Origin: Zygnema circumcarinatum SAG 698-1b
Taxonomy: Eukaryota; Plantae; Zygnematophyceae
Direction: 5' to 3'
Length of the DNA stretch: 64,000 nt
NCBI GenBank assembly: GCA_037447605.1
Contig: CM074809.1
Coordinates: 982,689 to 1,046,688 of the forward strand
How positions within the stretch are numbered: the first letter of the stretch is position 1; the number at the start of each line of letters is the position of its first letter. The notes under the pieces are model-generated. The model was not told the origin of the DNA. It saw only the letters and a list, made by a program, of their open reading frames with translations, and ran no database searches. Below are positions 24,364 through 35,296 of this stretch, piece by piece. The translations under genes were made by a program, and so were the position numbers.

Positions 24364-27254
24364 ATGGAGCGCTTTGATTCTGCGAAGAATGTGAAGTTCA
24401 AGTGTGTGCAATTACCCCTGAAAGGAACCGAGACTGCAAGCAAAGGTGCAGGGACTGTGTTTGTTGCTGCGTCGCCTTCGCAAGGCAATGTGGGCGGTTT
24501 CGCGACGAGGGTTAGTGATAAGGTCAACAGGAGGCAAGAAAGCCTGCAGGCTAAAATTAAGGTTTGGGAGGAGGTCTCTCACCGGCTTCAGTCGCAGTTT
24601 CAGGGCATTCTTTCACCTCTATTGAAGGCTGTTGAAGAAGTTAGGGTTTCTGCAAGCAGAAAAGCAAGTACTGCCGCAAGAGAAGCCTATCTTGCACTCC
24701 AAAATCCTCTGCCGCTTCCAGAACGCAGGCGATTGAGGCCTCAAGCTGGGCTAAATCGTCTTCTCCTTGCTTCCCTTTCCGCATCTTCTTTAGCTGATAG
24801 TGATGGACAGGCCGGCCCAGAAGGACAAGGGGACGAGGGAGAGAGCGGCCAGGGCCATGGAGGAGAAGAGGAAGGAGACGCAGAGGGAGGAGCAGAAAAG
24901 GGGGATGAACCCTCTTCTTCAGCCGCCATAGTTCCATCCAAACCGAGTGTCCGGAAGCCGCGAGGTCGAAAAAAAGGCCACGGGATTAAGCTGGCAGAGG
25001 ACCCAGAAAGCCAAGAGAGAGTTTTGATAAGTGAGATCTTAGTGAAGGATATGGATGGTCAGGATATTGAGGACAGGAGCCTGTTGGGGATAGCGATGAA
25101 AGCTGTGAAGGCATCAAAGCCGACGCTTGCATTGACGACGAAGGAAGTGCAGGAAGACGTCTTTCGGATCATTGACACGGGGTACTTTGCATCCTGTCTT
25201 CCGCTCGCAGAGGATACAAGAGACGGCGTCCGGCTGATATTTAGGGTAACTTCCTAACCATTTCAGTACTGTGTAAGCTGCATTACGTCAATTGTTGGAA
25301 AACAAGTAAGTTCAGTTATGGAACTATACTGTAGTTTAAAATGTATTTTTGAGGTTGAGCAATTGGGGATTAACTTGCCATCGCCCCTAAGCATTGGAAT
25401 CAAACCAGAACATAAGCCTCCTGGCGATAAGGTTGAGTACAAAAGAGTTGGCATCAAGTAGGTCCTTTGAAAGGGAATTTCGGATCGTCTCGATATTGAC
25501 GCTTGACTCTTCGAGTCAAAGTGAAGTTTAAGAGTTCAAATGTGTGAGTTCGCATGCTGACAGTTGTCATAACATGAAAGAGCCTTGGAGCATTTTCAGG
25601 TGGAACCAAATGTGGAGATGATGGGCCTCAAGGTGTATGGTGCCAACGTGCTGCCGACTCGTATCGTGGAGGATGCATTTCGGGACGATTTTGGCAAGTC
25701 ATTCCTTTTAGTCAGCTGCTGCTAGAGAAAGGGTTTCAGTAGACGGCACGCGCGGAGGTCAGAGATTTTTACGATAAGGAGTCCGTTTGATAGCAATGCC
25801 TGAAAAGGACATCCTTGTAGATCTATATGTTTGGATATATGTTTGGAGTGACTAATGTGTATAGTGGTTTATAGCTGAAAAGTATAACATAGAAGAGTTT
25901 ACAAGGAGGCTCTTTTCCATTGTCCGTCAGATTCCCAAGAGGATTAAAAAATGCCAAAAAATAGTTTCGCTCGTTTAGCTCTTGGTATACACTTCGAATA
26001 ATAAGGTGTTTTTTCATACGTGGCCTTTTACTCTACTAGTGAATATAGAACTTGGAATTGAACTATTGAGGATTCGGTCAGTTTAAGTAGGAAATGAACG
26101 TGTGAGAACTGTTTGTTTATCACTTACCCTGATCCTTCCATCGTTATTGGGTATAACAGGCAAGATTATTAACATCCATAGTTTGAACAAAGCAATGGAT
26201 ACTCTCAATGGATGGTACAATACCCGGGGTTTGTTTGGTCAGGTATGAATTCCATCCTGAGTTGTGATCAAGATTTCCAATTGCACGTGATCAAGGTGGT
26301 CAGAATCGGCACTAGATTGCAAGAAACTCTGAGTTCTTTGTCCAATCAGGTCCGCCCCTAGGACACGGATGAGAAAGATTGGATGCAGGACAGGCCATAT
26401 GGTTGAAGGCAATAAACAGATCAACGCGTGGGTTTGAAAACAGTGAGAACTGTGTTCTTTTACTGAACGGTGGTCTTGTAACGGGCCAGGTGACGGACAT
26501 GGCCATGCTGCCAGGCGGCATAATCTGCATTCAGGTTGCTGAGTCAGAAGTTAACACCATCACGATTCGCTTCCGAGATCGAAAAACGTGAGTTGTAGAC
26601 TCGATGAGGAATGATGATGCTCATTGAATGTTCTCACAGTTGACAGAATCGCTGAAATCCGATCCTTCTTGACCTGAGACTCTTTGTGTCTCCACCTGAA
26701 GTCGTGTTCATGAATTTGACTTACGAGATCAGGCCTCACTCTCTCATCTGAACGTATGGTGTGGGCGCAGCGGAGAACCGACAACAGGGAAAACTCGGCC
26801 GGAAACTTTACTCCGCCAGCTCATGACTAAACCAGGCCAGGTACGTTGCACCGGTCTAGGCCGGAAGTCTCAGAAGAGCTTCTTTACTTCTTCAAAAGCA
26901 TACATCATGTACCGTGTGCTTTTCTTCAATGTTGAAGCTAAACTTGTGCACTCATCGCAGGTGGAAAGTTTGTTTGAAGAGGGTTGACTTGCGATGCACG
27001 CGCAAATGCATAGCTGGATGTTGAGGATGTACGGGTGGGATGTCGCCAGGTGTACAGCCTGCAGCAGGGCAAGCGTGATGTGGAAACCGTGTTCACTATG
27101 GGCATCATGGAGGATGTGAATGTGGTGCCTCAGCCTGCAGGTATGACAGTCTCGCTGCGGCTCATTCAGATGTTTCATGGATAACTGTTCCGATCGCTCC
27201 GTATTGGTATCGCAAGATTGCCGCATGTCCTTATTGAGATATAGTAAGCATCAG

Positions 27255-27349
<95 letters not shown>

Positions 27350-30300
27350 GCATCTCTTTCGGTTTTGGATTTCAGATACGGGAATGGTGGACCTCACAAT
27401 GAACGTGGTAGAGCGCGTTGCGGGAGGATTTTCTGCGGGAGGCGGTCTGTCAGGGAACAGGTGCTCCCTCTCTTTCATTATTTCTCCCTGTTGAGCTATT
27501 TGGGGCAAGTAGATGATGACAGTGGAAGTCATAGCCAGAGCTTTAACTGAAGGTGAGAGCCTTGAGGCTGTACCTCCTTTTGCTGGCGTGAACAATTTGA
27601 AGAGAGAATTGATGAAACGAATACTGTGTTAAACTAATTGTTGTGTTTGGGAGAGCGTTTTGCAGCATATCCAACGGCGCTTTGTCCGGTCTGATTGGAA
27701 GGTGAGAAGCACAGCAATCTCTTTTTGTGCATGCCAACCTTCCTTCTTCCTTTGTGTGCATTTAGGGCCTCAAAAAGATGGTGAAGGGGACTACTAAAGC
27801 CTCAATTGGCATGTGGCTTACGGATTGAAGCCGTGTTTGAAGGCTCCTGCATTTTTTACTACTGCGATTGTGCACTATAATGAATATGCACGAGGCTGCG
27901 GCCGCTATCATGAAGTGTATATATTGGTTTCGTTACGAACCTTGTTAGTAGTCTAAATTATGGAGCAAGTAAATTCAGCAGTGTTTGGGTTCAGCTCAAG
28001 ACTGTTTCCAAAATCCTGAAGCTGATGTAATCAGCATGGGTCAGCTTATATAATCAATGCAGTAAGCTCATCATTCTGTAATGAGGGCTGAACTGAGCAT
28101 GTGAGGGTAGTGAGTACAGGCAGGGTTTTTGCAGAAGATCCCCTATTAGAAAATATCATAAATTTTTAATACAGACCCTTTGCATTCACTCCAAAACGGA
28201 ATCTGGAGTAGCACCCTCACTTACATTCAACCATTATGAACAGAAAGATGAATCCCACCTCCTCTTGCATCTCCGGCCAGCCCCTGCTGAGCAGGAGGTT
28301 CCTTAGTTGAGTAAATGAGCAATCCCCAAATAGCCTCAAACCCTAAAAGCTAAAAGCTGCTGCAACGGAGGAGGAGGGGGCGGGCGGGGCCCAGGCCCTT
28401 GAGCACTGCCCTCCTGCACTCGGGTCTGGGGGCCCTCTTCAAGGCCCTCGAACACATTGTATATCCCACATTGTACTATTATGACTTGTAAGTGTCTACT
28501 GCAGACAGAGGCTATGCGTGTGCTTGGGATGTTACCCCATCATTAGATAGTCTAAACGGGCTTTTTTCTGTCTTGTGATGGTTATTGAGAGGAAGGGTGT
28601 AGGTGCATTGTATGGATCAATGCTGCTGATTCTGCCTCTAGAGATACAGGAGCAAAATTATATTTGTTCAATTCCTATAGAGCAAGGTGCTCGTACATTA
28701 TGAGGTTCACGCTAAAGAGTCCGTCCACTATGTTAGGGGGAAGATAAGAATTACTAGTATGTGTTATGGATACGGTACTTGTCATGGGCAACTGTTGGCA
28801 GCCACGCTGTCGGGTATCCTCTCTCTGACTTTCTCTGCTTAAATAAATTCCAAAAGGAAAGGCATAATGTGGCTCCCCTAAGGATGTTGGAATTTCTGGG
28901 CCTGCATTTCCTTCTATAAGTTCATATACTTGCAGGTTTAGTGGATGTATGTTCTTGATCTATTCACGTTTCTGGTTTAATAACATTAAGCACATCTATG
29001 AAGCAGTTTAGAAATACATAGAATCGCCAAAGCAGATATAAGACTTACAGCGAACAAAAGACTGTATTATGCATTCATTGCTCATTGCCTGGCAACCTTT
29101 ATCAAATCAACATTCAATAGATCCATCCATCCATCCATCCATCTGCGTAAAATTTCACATTGTTCGGCATGTGCTAATGAATTGCGATTCATTTGCTGGA
29201 TAATTTTATTCTGAACTATCTAGAGGAGGACATGCGTCGATAGATCATATCTCAGATGCTCTTCTGTAAATAAAAAAGTGACTGGATATTTTTTTGCTCC
29301 TATGCGCAGTTTTGCATATTCACACCGAAATGCTTTTGGACGAAACCAGAAGTTGAACATATCTCTGGAGAGAGGACAGTTCGATTCCATGTTCAAGATC
29401 AATTACACCGATCCGTGGATCGAAGGAGATGACAAGCGAACGTCCCGAGCAATCAACATCCAGGTACGCGAACCCCAAAAGCCCCCACCTTCTGCAATGT
29501 ATGTTGTGACCTTTGTGTAAGCTATCGTCCCTTTTCGATCTGTTCGACCATTGTACACATCCTCCTAAGCTGTAATTCCGATTCACCCCACTACCCCTTC
29601 TCCCCCTTCTCCCTCCTTTGGCCGACCCCTGCAGAATTCGCGCAGTCCCGGAACAACTATCCACGGAGTGCGGCGGGAGGGGTCGGGTCCTTGGCACGGA
29701 GGGGTCACCATTGGCCGCCTCGTGGCAGGCGTGGATTGGAGCAGACCTCTCCGGCCCAAATGGAGCGCAACAGCTGGCTTGAGCTTCCAGGTGGCGGTTA
29801 TCCTCCCTCCCTCCCTCCCTCCCTCCCTCCCTCCCTCCCTCCCTCCCTCCCTCCCTCCCAGCCACTCAGGCTGCTGCACTGTTGCAGTGATTGGCTGGGT
29901 TTGATGCAATCTCTACTTCTCTGGATGGGTGGCAGTCTGGGAGGGGTTTTGTTCAAGAATGGTAGTGCTAGTTTCAACAAGATTGCGTTTCCTTGAACGA
30001 GAGAAGGAGGGGGCTGTGGGGTTTGACAGAGAGCGGGAGCGAGAGACGACCATGGACAGCCCAAGCTCGTTGACTCCTATGGCAGTCCTCTAACATTCAG
30101 GTCTGTCGCAAGAGACTCCTCCATGGGCATCACCAGCTTGAAACTGTAATATCTTGTTTAAAACTCAAGAAGCCCTCGCTTGTTCTTCAGTGGGACCAAC
30201 TTGTGCGGGCTCGCAGTGGGCGGACATGCGACAACATGCTGGTGGCGAAGCTGGAAACGGTCTACACGGATTCTGGGGATAACGGCTCCTCTCAGGTGCC

Positions 30301-31621
30301 TAACTACTCTTCCAATCAGGTCTACTTGCAGGCATCACATACAGATGCTGATGATCTGACATGCATTATGCCAGTTTCTGCACAGACAAGCATACCTTCT
30401 CTGTCGTCGTATTCGGGAATGTATGGATAAGTATTGAAGTGGAGACTTGAGCCCAGTTTCAGTACGTCTTTTGTCCATTATTAACTGTGTTTTCATCATT
30501 TGTTGGTTGAGAAAGGCCGTTTACTTTGACTTCAGATACGCAAAACCTTACACAGAACCTTGGTTGTCAATCTTGCAGTTGGTTCTGAATACAGAGCAAG
30601 GGCTACCTATTCAGCCAGATTGGCTTTTTTTCAACAGAATCAACGTGAGAGCTCGGCAGGGCGTGCGTTTGGGCCCACTCCGCTGCATTGGGAGGTTTGC
30701 GCCTCCTCCTAAAGGGGGTTAATGGCTTGGAGGGGTCAGTAGTATGACGGGGGATCTGAGTCCTTGTGAACAATCCCATAAAGATGGGATTCTGTTCTAT
30801 CAGCTCATTTTTATCCCTTTGCATTCAGTCCCAACAGTGGCTTATGTGTTTGTTTACATTTGTATAGTCTGCATTCCGATCGAATGAGGTCATTCTGACT
30901 CCTCTTTGTATGCCAAGCAAATGAAACACCCTGAACCCATTCCGGATGCTTGTGGCAGCTTCTCGGGAGGGACGGTGATGGGGGACCTCGCACCGCACGA
31001 GGCCTTCCCCATTGGAGGAGCGAATAGTGTGAGGGGATATGATGAAGGAGCTGTGGGGTCCGGGAGGTCCTACATCGTGACAAGTGGCGAAATCTCCGTA
31101 CCCTTGGTGAGCGGCCGTTTGGACGTACATAGCTAGCCGTTTGCTACTCACAGCTAAGCCTTAAAGTGAGAAGAACCTGATGCTTCATTGCGTCCAATTT
31201 GTTGGTGGGCTATCTTCGCATGTCAGCATGCATTCCTCATGCTTTGTTGGGCATGGGGATGGGTCAGTTTGGTCCTATCGAAGGCGCAGTGTTCTCCGAC
31301 TTTGGCAGTGATCTTGGCTCAGGAGCGACAGTGCTGGGTACGCAGTTAACTCTCTTCCATGCTCCATACTTTTCCTTTCCAATGTTCAAGTCGCTTCTAC
31401 AACCTTAAAGCACCTCTCTGTTTTCTCTCGGTTCTGAAACGCCCCATGTGCATTGGGCTATTGCAGGGGACCCGGCCGGGGCGAGAGGGAAGCCCGGGAA
31501 CGGGTACGGGTACGGAGCCGGCATTCGGTTTGACTCTCCTTTAGGGCCCCTTCGATTGGAATACGCCTTCAATGATAAGGGCAGCCGGCGGTTTCACTTT
31601 GGCATCGGGTACCGAAATTAG
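24364..31621 (+). CDS. OEP80: Chloroplast outer envelope Omp85/BamA-family protein OEP80 (Toc75-V); about 14 exons
   Basis: [97 protein letters not shown] and C-terminal [29 protein letters not shown]. Confidence 0.96.
27249..27353. repeat. (CAT)n microsatellite of about 30 copies in an OEP80 intron
   Basis: Directly visible; lies between the donor at 27141 and the acceptor at 27376. Confidence 0.97.
29802..29858. repeat. (CCCT)n microsatellite in an OEP80 intron
   Basis: Directly visible just after the donor at 29791. Confidence 0.95.
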
Positions 31622-32109
31622 GCTTCCACGATTAGTAAGGGTTTCTATGTTCCGTTTTTTCTGTGGTTCAGTTTACGTCCCCTCTCCAAGTTGAGAAGGG
31701 TTCAATTTTGATAGGTGAATATTCTATTCTGCGATAGGTAGGAGGGGGCTGCGAGGTGGGCAATTCAAATGATGTGCCTTTAGCTCTTCTGTTGGCTCAA
31801 ATGTGTGCTTAACAAGTGTGGGGTCGAACCTGTTAGGGAAATTAACGAATGGAACTGAATTAATCGTTGTGCCGTGAGGCCTTGCTTGTCGCATGGAGTT
31901 TGAATCCAATGCAACTTTACCTTGTGCCTTACTCTATTGCTGAATGCCCCATCGTCGAGGAAGCGGCCAAGTTCAACGCAGAGTCAGCGCCATGCGGAGG
32001 CGCCCCCTCGCCCCTTCGAGCAAACAGCCTTAAAGAGTGCCCGAGGAGGCGATACATGCAGAAATGCGCGTAGCTGTACCGTGACGCGCGAATTTAGTGA
32101 AACAGCGCC

Positions 32110-32455
32110 GCATGTGAGGCGTGACGTGATGTGACGTGACGTGACTCATCAAGTCTGTTCTGAGACTACCATTCGGCTGGCGGCATGTGGCACCTAACTC
32201 CACATCGCGACGAATTCCTGGAACGACGCGTGGCGGGGCATGCAAGTCTGGCAAAAAGGAGGCCGCCACCCGCTTGTCTGCTTGCGCCACGTCGACTCCG
32301 CTGATTTTGCCGTTTTGTCGCTTGCGGCCTCTTGAGCATACACGTGTTTTGGAAATCGTGGGAGACTGCCACGTGGAAAGCAGGGTCCCTTATTGGCGCC
32401 ACGTCGCACGTCGTCGTGGCCTCGCGCGAGCCACTCACTGTTCGTCACGTGTCCA
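32110..32455 (+). promoter_or_regulatory. ACGT-core (G-box/ABRE/TGACGT) cluster upstream of the LEA-like gene
   Basis: GTGACGTGACGTGAC, GCCACGTC (x2), ACACGTGT, GCCACGTGG and TCACGTGT within about 350 bp before ATG 32623. Confidence 0.55.
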
Positions 32456-32622
32456 TGTTTGCTGACATGGCAAGCCGTGATTGGTTGGTCTCAACACAGT
32501 CCCGCAGTCCCCCCATATGTAAGCGCGCGATAGGGGAGGGCTGGGGAGAGGGAGGGAGAGAGTGAGAAGAGGGCGGTGGGAGTGGGAGAGGGAGAGAGAG
32601 GGACACAAGGAACAGGGAAGCC

Positions 32623-34080
32623 ATGGCGGCGGAAAGCCCTGACAGACAAGGCCCGGTGCCGGACCAGGTGGAAGGGCAGCCGCAAGAGGGGGAGCGCCAG
32701 CAGGGCCTTCTGGGGAAGGCTGCAGGGTCGCTCTACGACACAATATGGGGAGGAAATCGTGGGGACAATGGGGGGGAGACGGGGAAGCAGGTGAAAGAGG
32801 AGGGGGGGGAGGTTCGAGGGAAGATGGAGGAGGGAGGAGAGAGCGCCGTCAATGAAGGGAGGGAAACTTTAGAGCAAGGGAAGGAAGTCGGAAAGGAAGC
32901 GGTAGGAGAGGGGCAGCGTCAGATGGGGGAGATTCAAGGAGAGGGAGAGGAGGTGGCAGGGGAGATGAAGGAACAGGGGAAGCAAGTAGGGGAGCAGGCA
33001 AAGCAAGGAGGTCAAGAAGCCATGGATCAAGGGAAGCAGACGTTGGAGCAAGGAAGCGAGACGGGGAGGCAGGCACTTGGGCAAGGGCAGGAGAAGGGAA
33101 AACAATTCACTGCCCAAGCTGGGAAGAAGTTGGACGACGCAGGAAGAGTTGCAGGCAATGTTGCAGGAAAGACGGCTCGAAAAGGGGAAGATGCAATGGG
33201 AAAAGCTCAAGAACAGGGTGGTCGCGTGACCGGCCAGGTAAAGGAGATTGTTGGGCAGTTGGAGGGCCAGGCGAAAGGAAAGGCCGAGCAGATGTATGTG
33301 CAGCTGGTAGATGGGGGCCCGGATAAAGAAGGGGAGGGGCCTCTAGCTCCAAGCAACATAGTTCAGAGTGCGGGGCAGTTTTTTGGAGCAATGAGAGCGC
33401 AGGGGGGCGGGGTGGGACAGGAAGCGGAGTCGTTTGCTCGGGGGGTAAAGTCGACAGCGGAAACAGCAGAGGGAGTATGGGACAAGGTTCCGGAAGGCGC
33501 GAAAAGGACGATTGCAAGAGGGGCAGAAGAGGTCACAGGAACTATGGAACGCCTATGGACGAAGGTGTTCAGCTTAATCGAGAAAGCTCTCGATTGGCTC
33601 GACCGGAATCTCTTCCCAGCCAACAGACCGGAAGACTCCGATGACGAGGGTATGAGTTCAAAGTTGTATCAGGCGGGGGAGTATGTGAAAGGCGAGGGAG
33701 CAAAGGCAATGCAGTACACTAAGGAGAAGGGTGAGACAGCCGCTGAGTACATGAAGGAGGGAGCCGAACAAGCTGGCGATACTGTTGTGAAGGGGGGCGC
33801 AAAGACCGCCAGTTGGTTCGGGCTTCGCAGCAGAAGTGAGGCGGAGAAACGAAGGGCAGAGAAGGAGAAGGCGAAAAAGAAGGCGCAGAGAGAGGCGGTC
33901 AGGCAGAAGCGTTGGAACACTGTAGCACTGGTGACCAAGCTGGTGGGAGGAATTGTGAGCCTGCTTGTTGGAACAATGCTCGTTTTCCTCCTCGGATTTC
34001 TCCTTCTGCCGATTCTGTTCGTCGCGCTCATTTTTAGTGTTTTGGGAATCCAAGTTTACGCCTGCATTGGGCTGGTTTAG
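32623..34080 (+). CDS. Intronless 485-aa group 3 LEA-like hydrophilic protein with a C-terminal hydrophobic anchor
   Basis: G/E/K/Q/A-rich with 11-mer periodicity (ETLEQGKEVGK / EAVGEGQRQMG / EIQGEGEEVAG / EMKEQGKQVGE). A basic stretch is followed by about 45 hydrophobic residues at the C-terminus. Confidence 0.7.
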   Translation: MAAESPDRQGPVPDQVEGQPQEGERQQGLLGKAAGSLYDTIWGGNRGDNGGETGKQVKEEGGEVRGKMEEGGESAVNEGRETLEQGKEVGKEAVGEGQRQMGEIQGEGEEVAGEMKEQGKQVGEQAKQGGQEAMDQGKQTLEQGSETGRQALGQGQEKGKQFTAQAGKKLDDAGRVAGNVAGKTARKGEDAMGKAQEQGGRVTGQVKEIVGQLEGQAKGKAEQMYVQLVDGGPDKEGEGPLAPSNIVQSAGQFFGAMRAQGGGVGQEAESFARGVKSTAETAEGVWDKVPEGAKRTIARGAEEVTGTMERLWTKVFSLIEKALDWLDRNLFPANRPEDSDDEGMSSKLYQAGEYVKGEGAKAMQYTKEKGETAAEYMKEGAEQAGDTVVKGGAKTASWFGLRSRSEAEKRRAEKEKAKKKAQREAVRQKRWNTVALVTKLVGGIVSLLVGTMLVFLLGFLLLPILFVALIFSVLGIQVYACIGLV

Positions 34081-35296
34081 TCGTTTAAAAAATGATCAGG
34101 GCAGTTTTGGACACATGCAAAGAGAAGCGTTTAAAAGGCAGGAGAGAACCGCAAACAAGGGGTCGTGTGATGGAGGTGGGTCAGAAAAATCGACTGACAT
34201 AGAAGTCGGAAAAATCTTGTACAGTATCATCGAAGTAGATCTAAAGCGGGCAAGATGGAAGTGACAGCTGGAGCAGCGCACTCCTCACCTGTAAATTAAT
34301 GGTTTTTAATAGAAACAAATTGCTCTGAAGTGTTTCAATAATGTGATAGTGGCTGCTTGGCGATCGAAGCTGTTCTGTTTTTCATATAATGGGAAGGGAA
34401 GAAACAAGTAAATGAAACTTGTTGCTGAGTGAATGCTGCGTTGATGACGGATGCTTTTGTTGCATGTCAAATTGGAGCAATTCTATCATAAACTGAATAT
34501 CTATGGCTGGTTTGCAGTCAGAATTCAGCGCATTTCTTAAAAAAAATGCTAAAACATCGCGTTATTAATCGCCTTTCTGTTTACAAGTGTGAATGTTAGT
34601 GCTCTGCTTCGTGGACGGTGAATGAAAAGTATCGGCTGGACGGAGAGAGAGTGAGTCGGGGGTTTAAGAAAGGGGAGGAGTGCACCTGCGAGAGGAGGGA
34701 GGACAGGAGAGAAGAAGGACGTAGACGAGGGAAAGGATGGGGGGAGGGAAGGGGCGGTAGGGCGCTTGAGACCAGCGATCAGGGCAGGTTAGGTGCAGAG
34801 GAATCGGGTAGGGAAGAGAAGGGGAGGGAGGGGGAATGGAAGCTGGAGGGGTACAATAGGGACAGCGAGGGAAGGGAAGGGAGATGGAGAAAAGAGGGAA
34901 TGACTTGCAGAGGAAGGGAAGTAATGGGGAGGATGGGTAGTACTTAGAAAATGCAAGTAGAGCTGGAGAGCACAGCATCCACGGAAGGAGCCATATGAGC
35001 ACGTGCACACATTCGCGCTTCAGCAGCAGATGGAATACAGTGCCAACTTCACAAGTTGGTGGGGTAGGTTTCATAGGCTTGCGCAGAGTAACAAACATAA
35101 CTTCTTCGGAACAGGATCCTGGAAGGGGGAAAAAAGGAAATGTCGATCTTGTATATGAGGATGAGGATGAGGCAGTGCCTAAAGCCCATGCTTTGACAGT
35201 GGCATTACTCATGGGGCTTACCAAAAGGCTGGCCAAGCATAGATTTAAGAAGTTGGCGCGAAAAAAACATAGCTAATGCATGTAAGTCGTGCGGTA

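Noticed and set aside
24337-25257. 306-aa ORF as a stand-alone or transposon gene
   Set aside because: It is exon 1 of OEP80 (POTRA1 motif at its end).
27177-27494. Poly-His ORF
   Set aside because: The (CAT)n microsatellite lies inside an OEP80 intron bounded by canonical splice sites.
29320-29996. GREGGREGG / PPSL repeat ORFs
   Set aside because: They are translations of the intronic (CCCT)n tract in OEP80.
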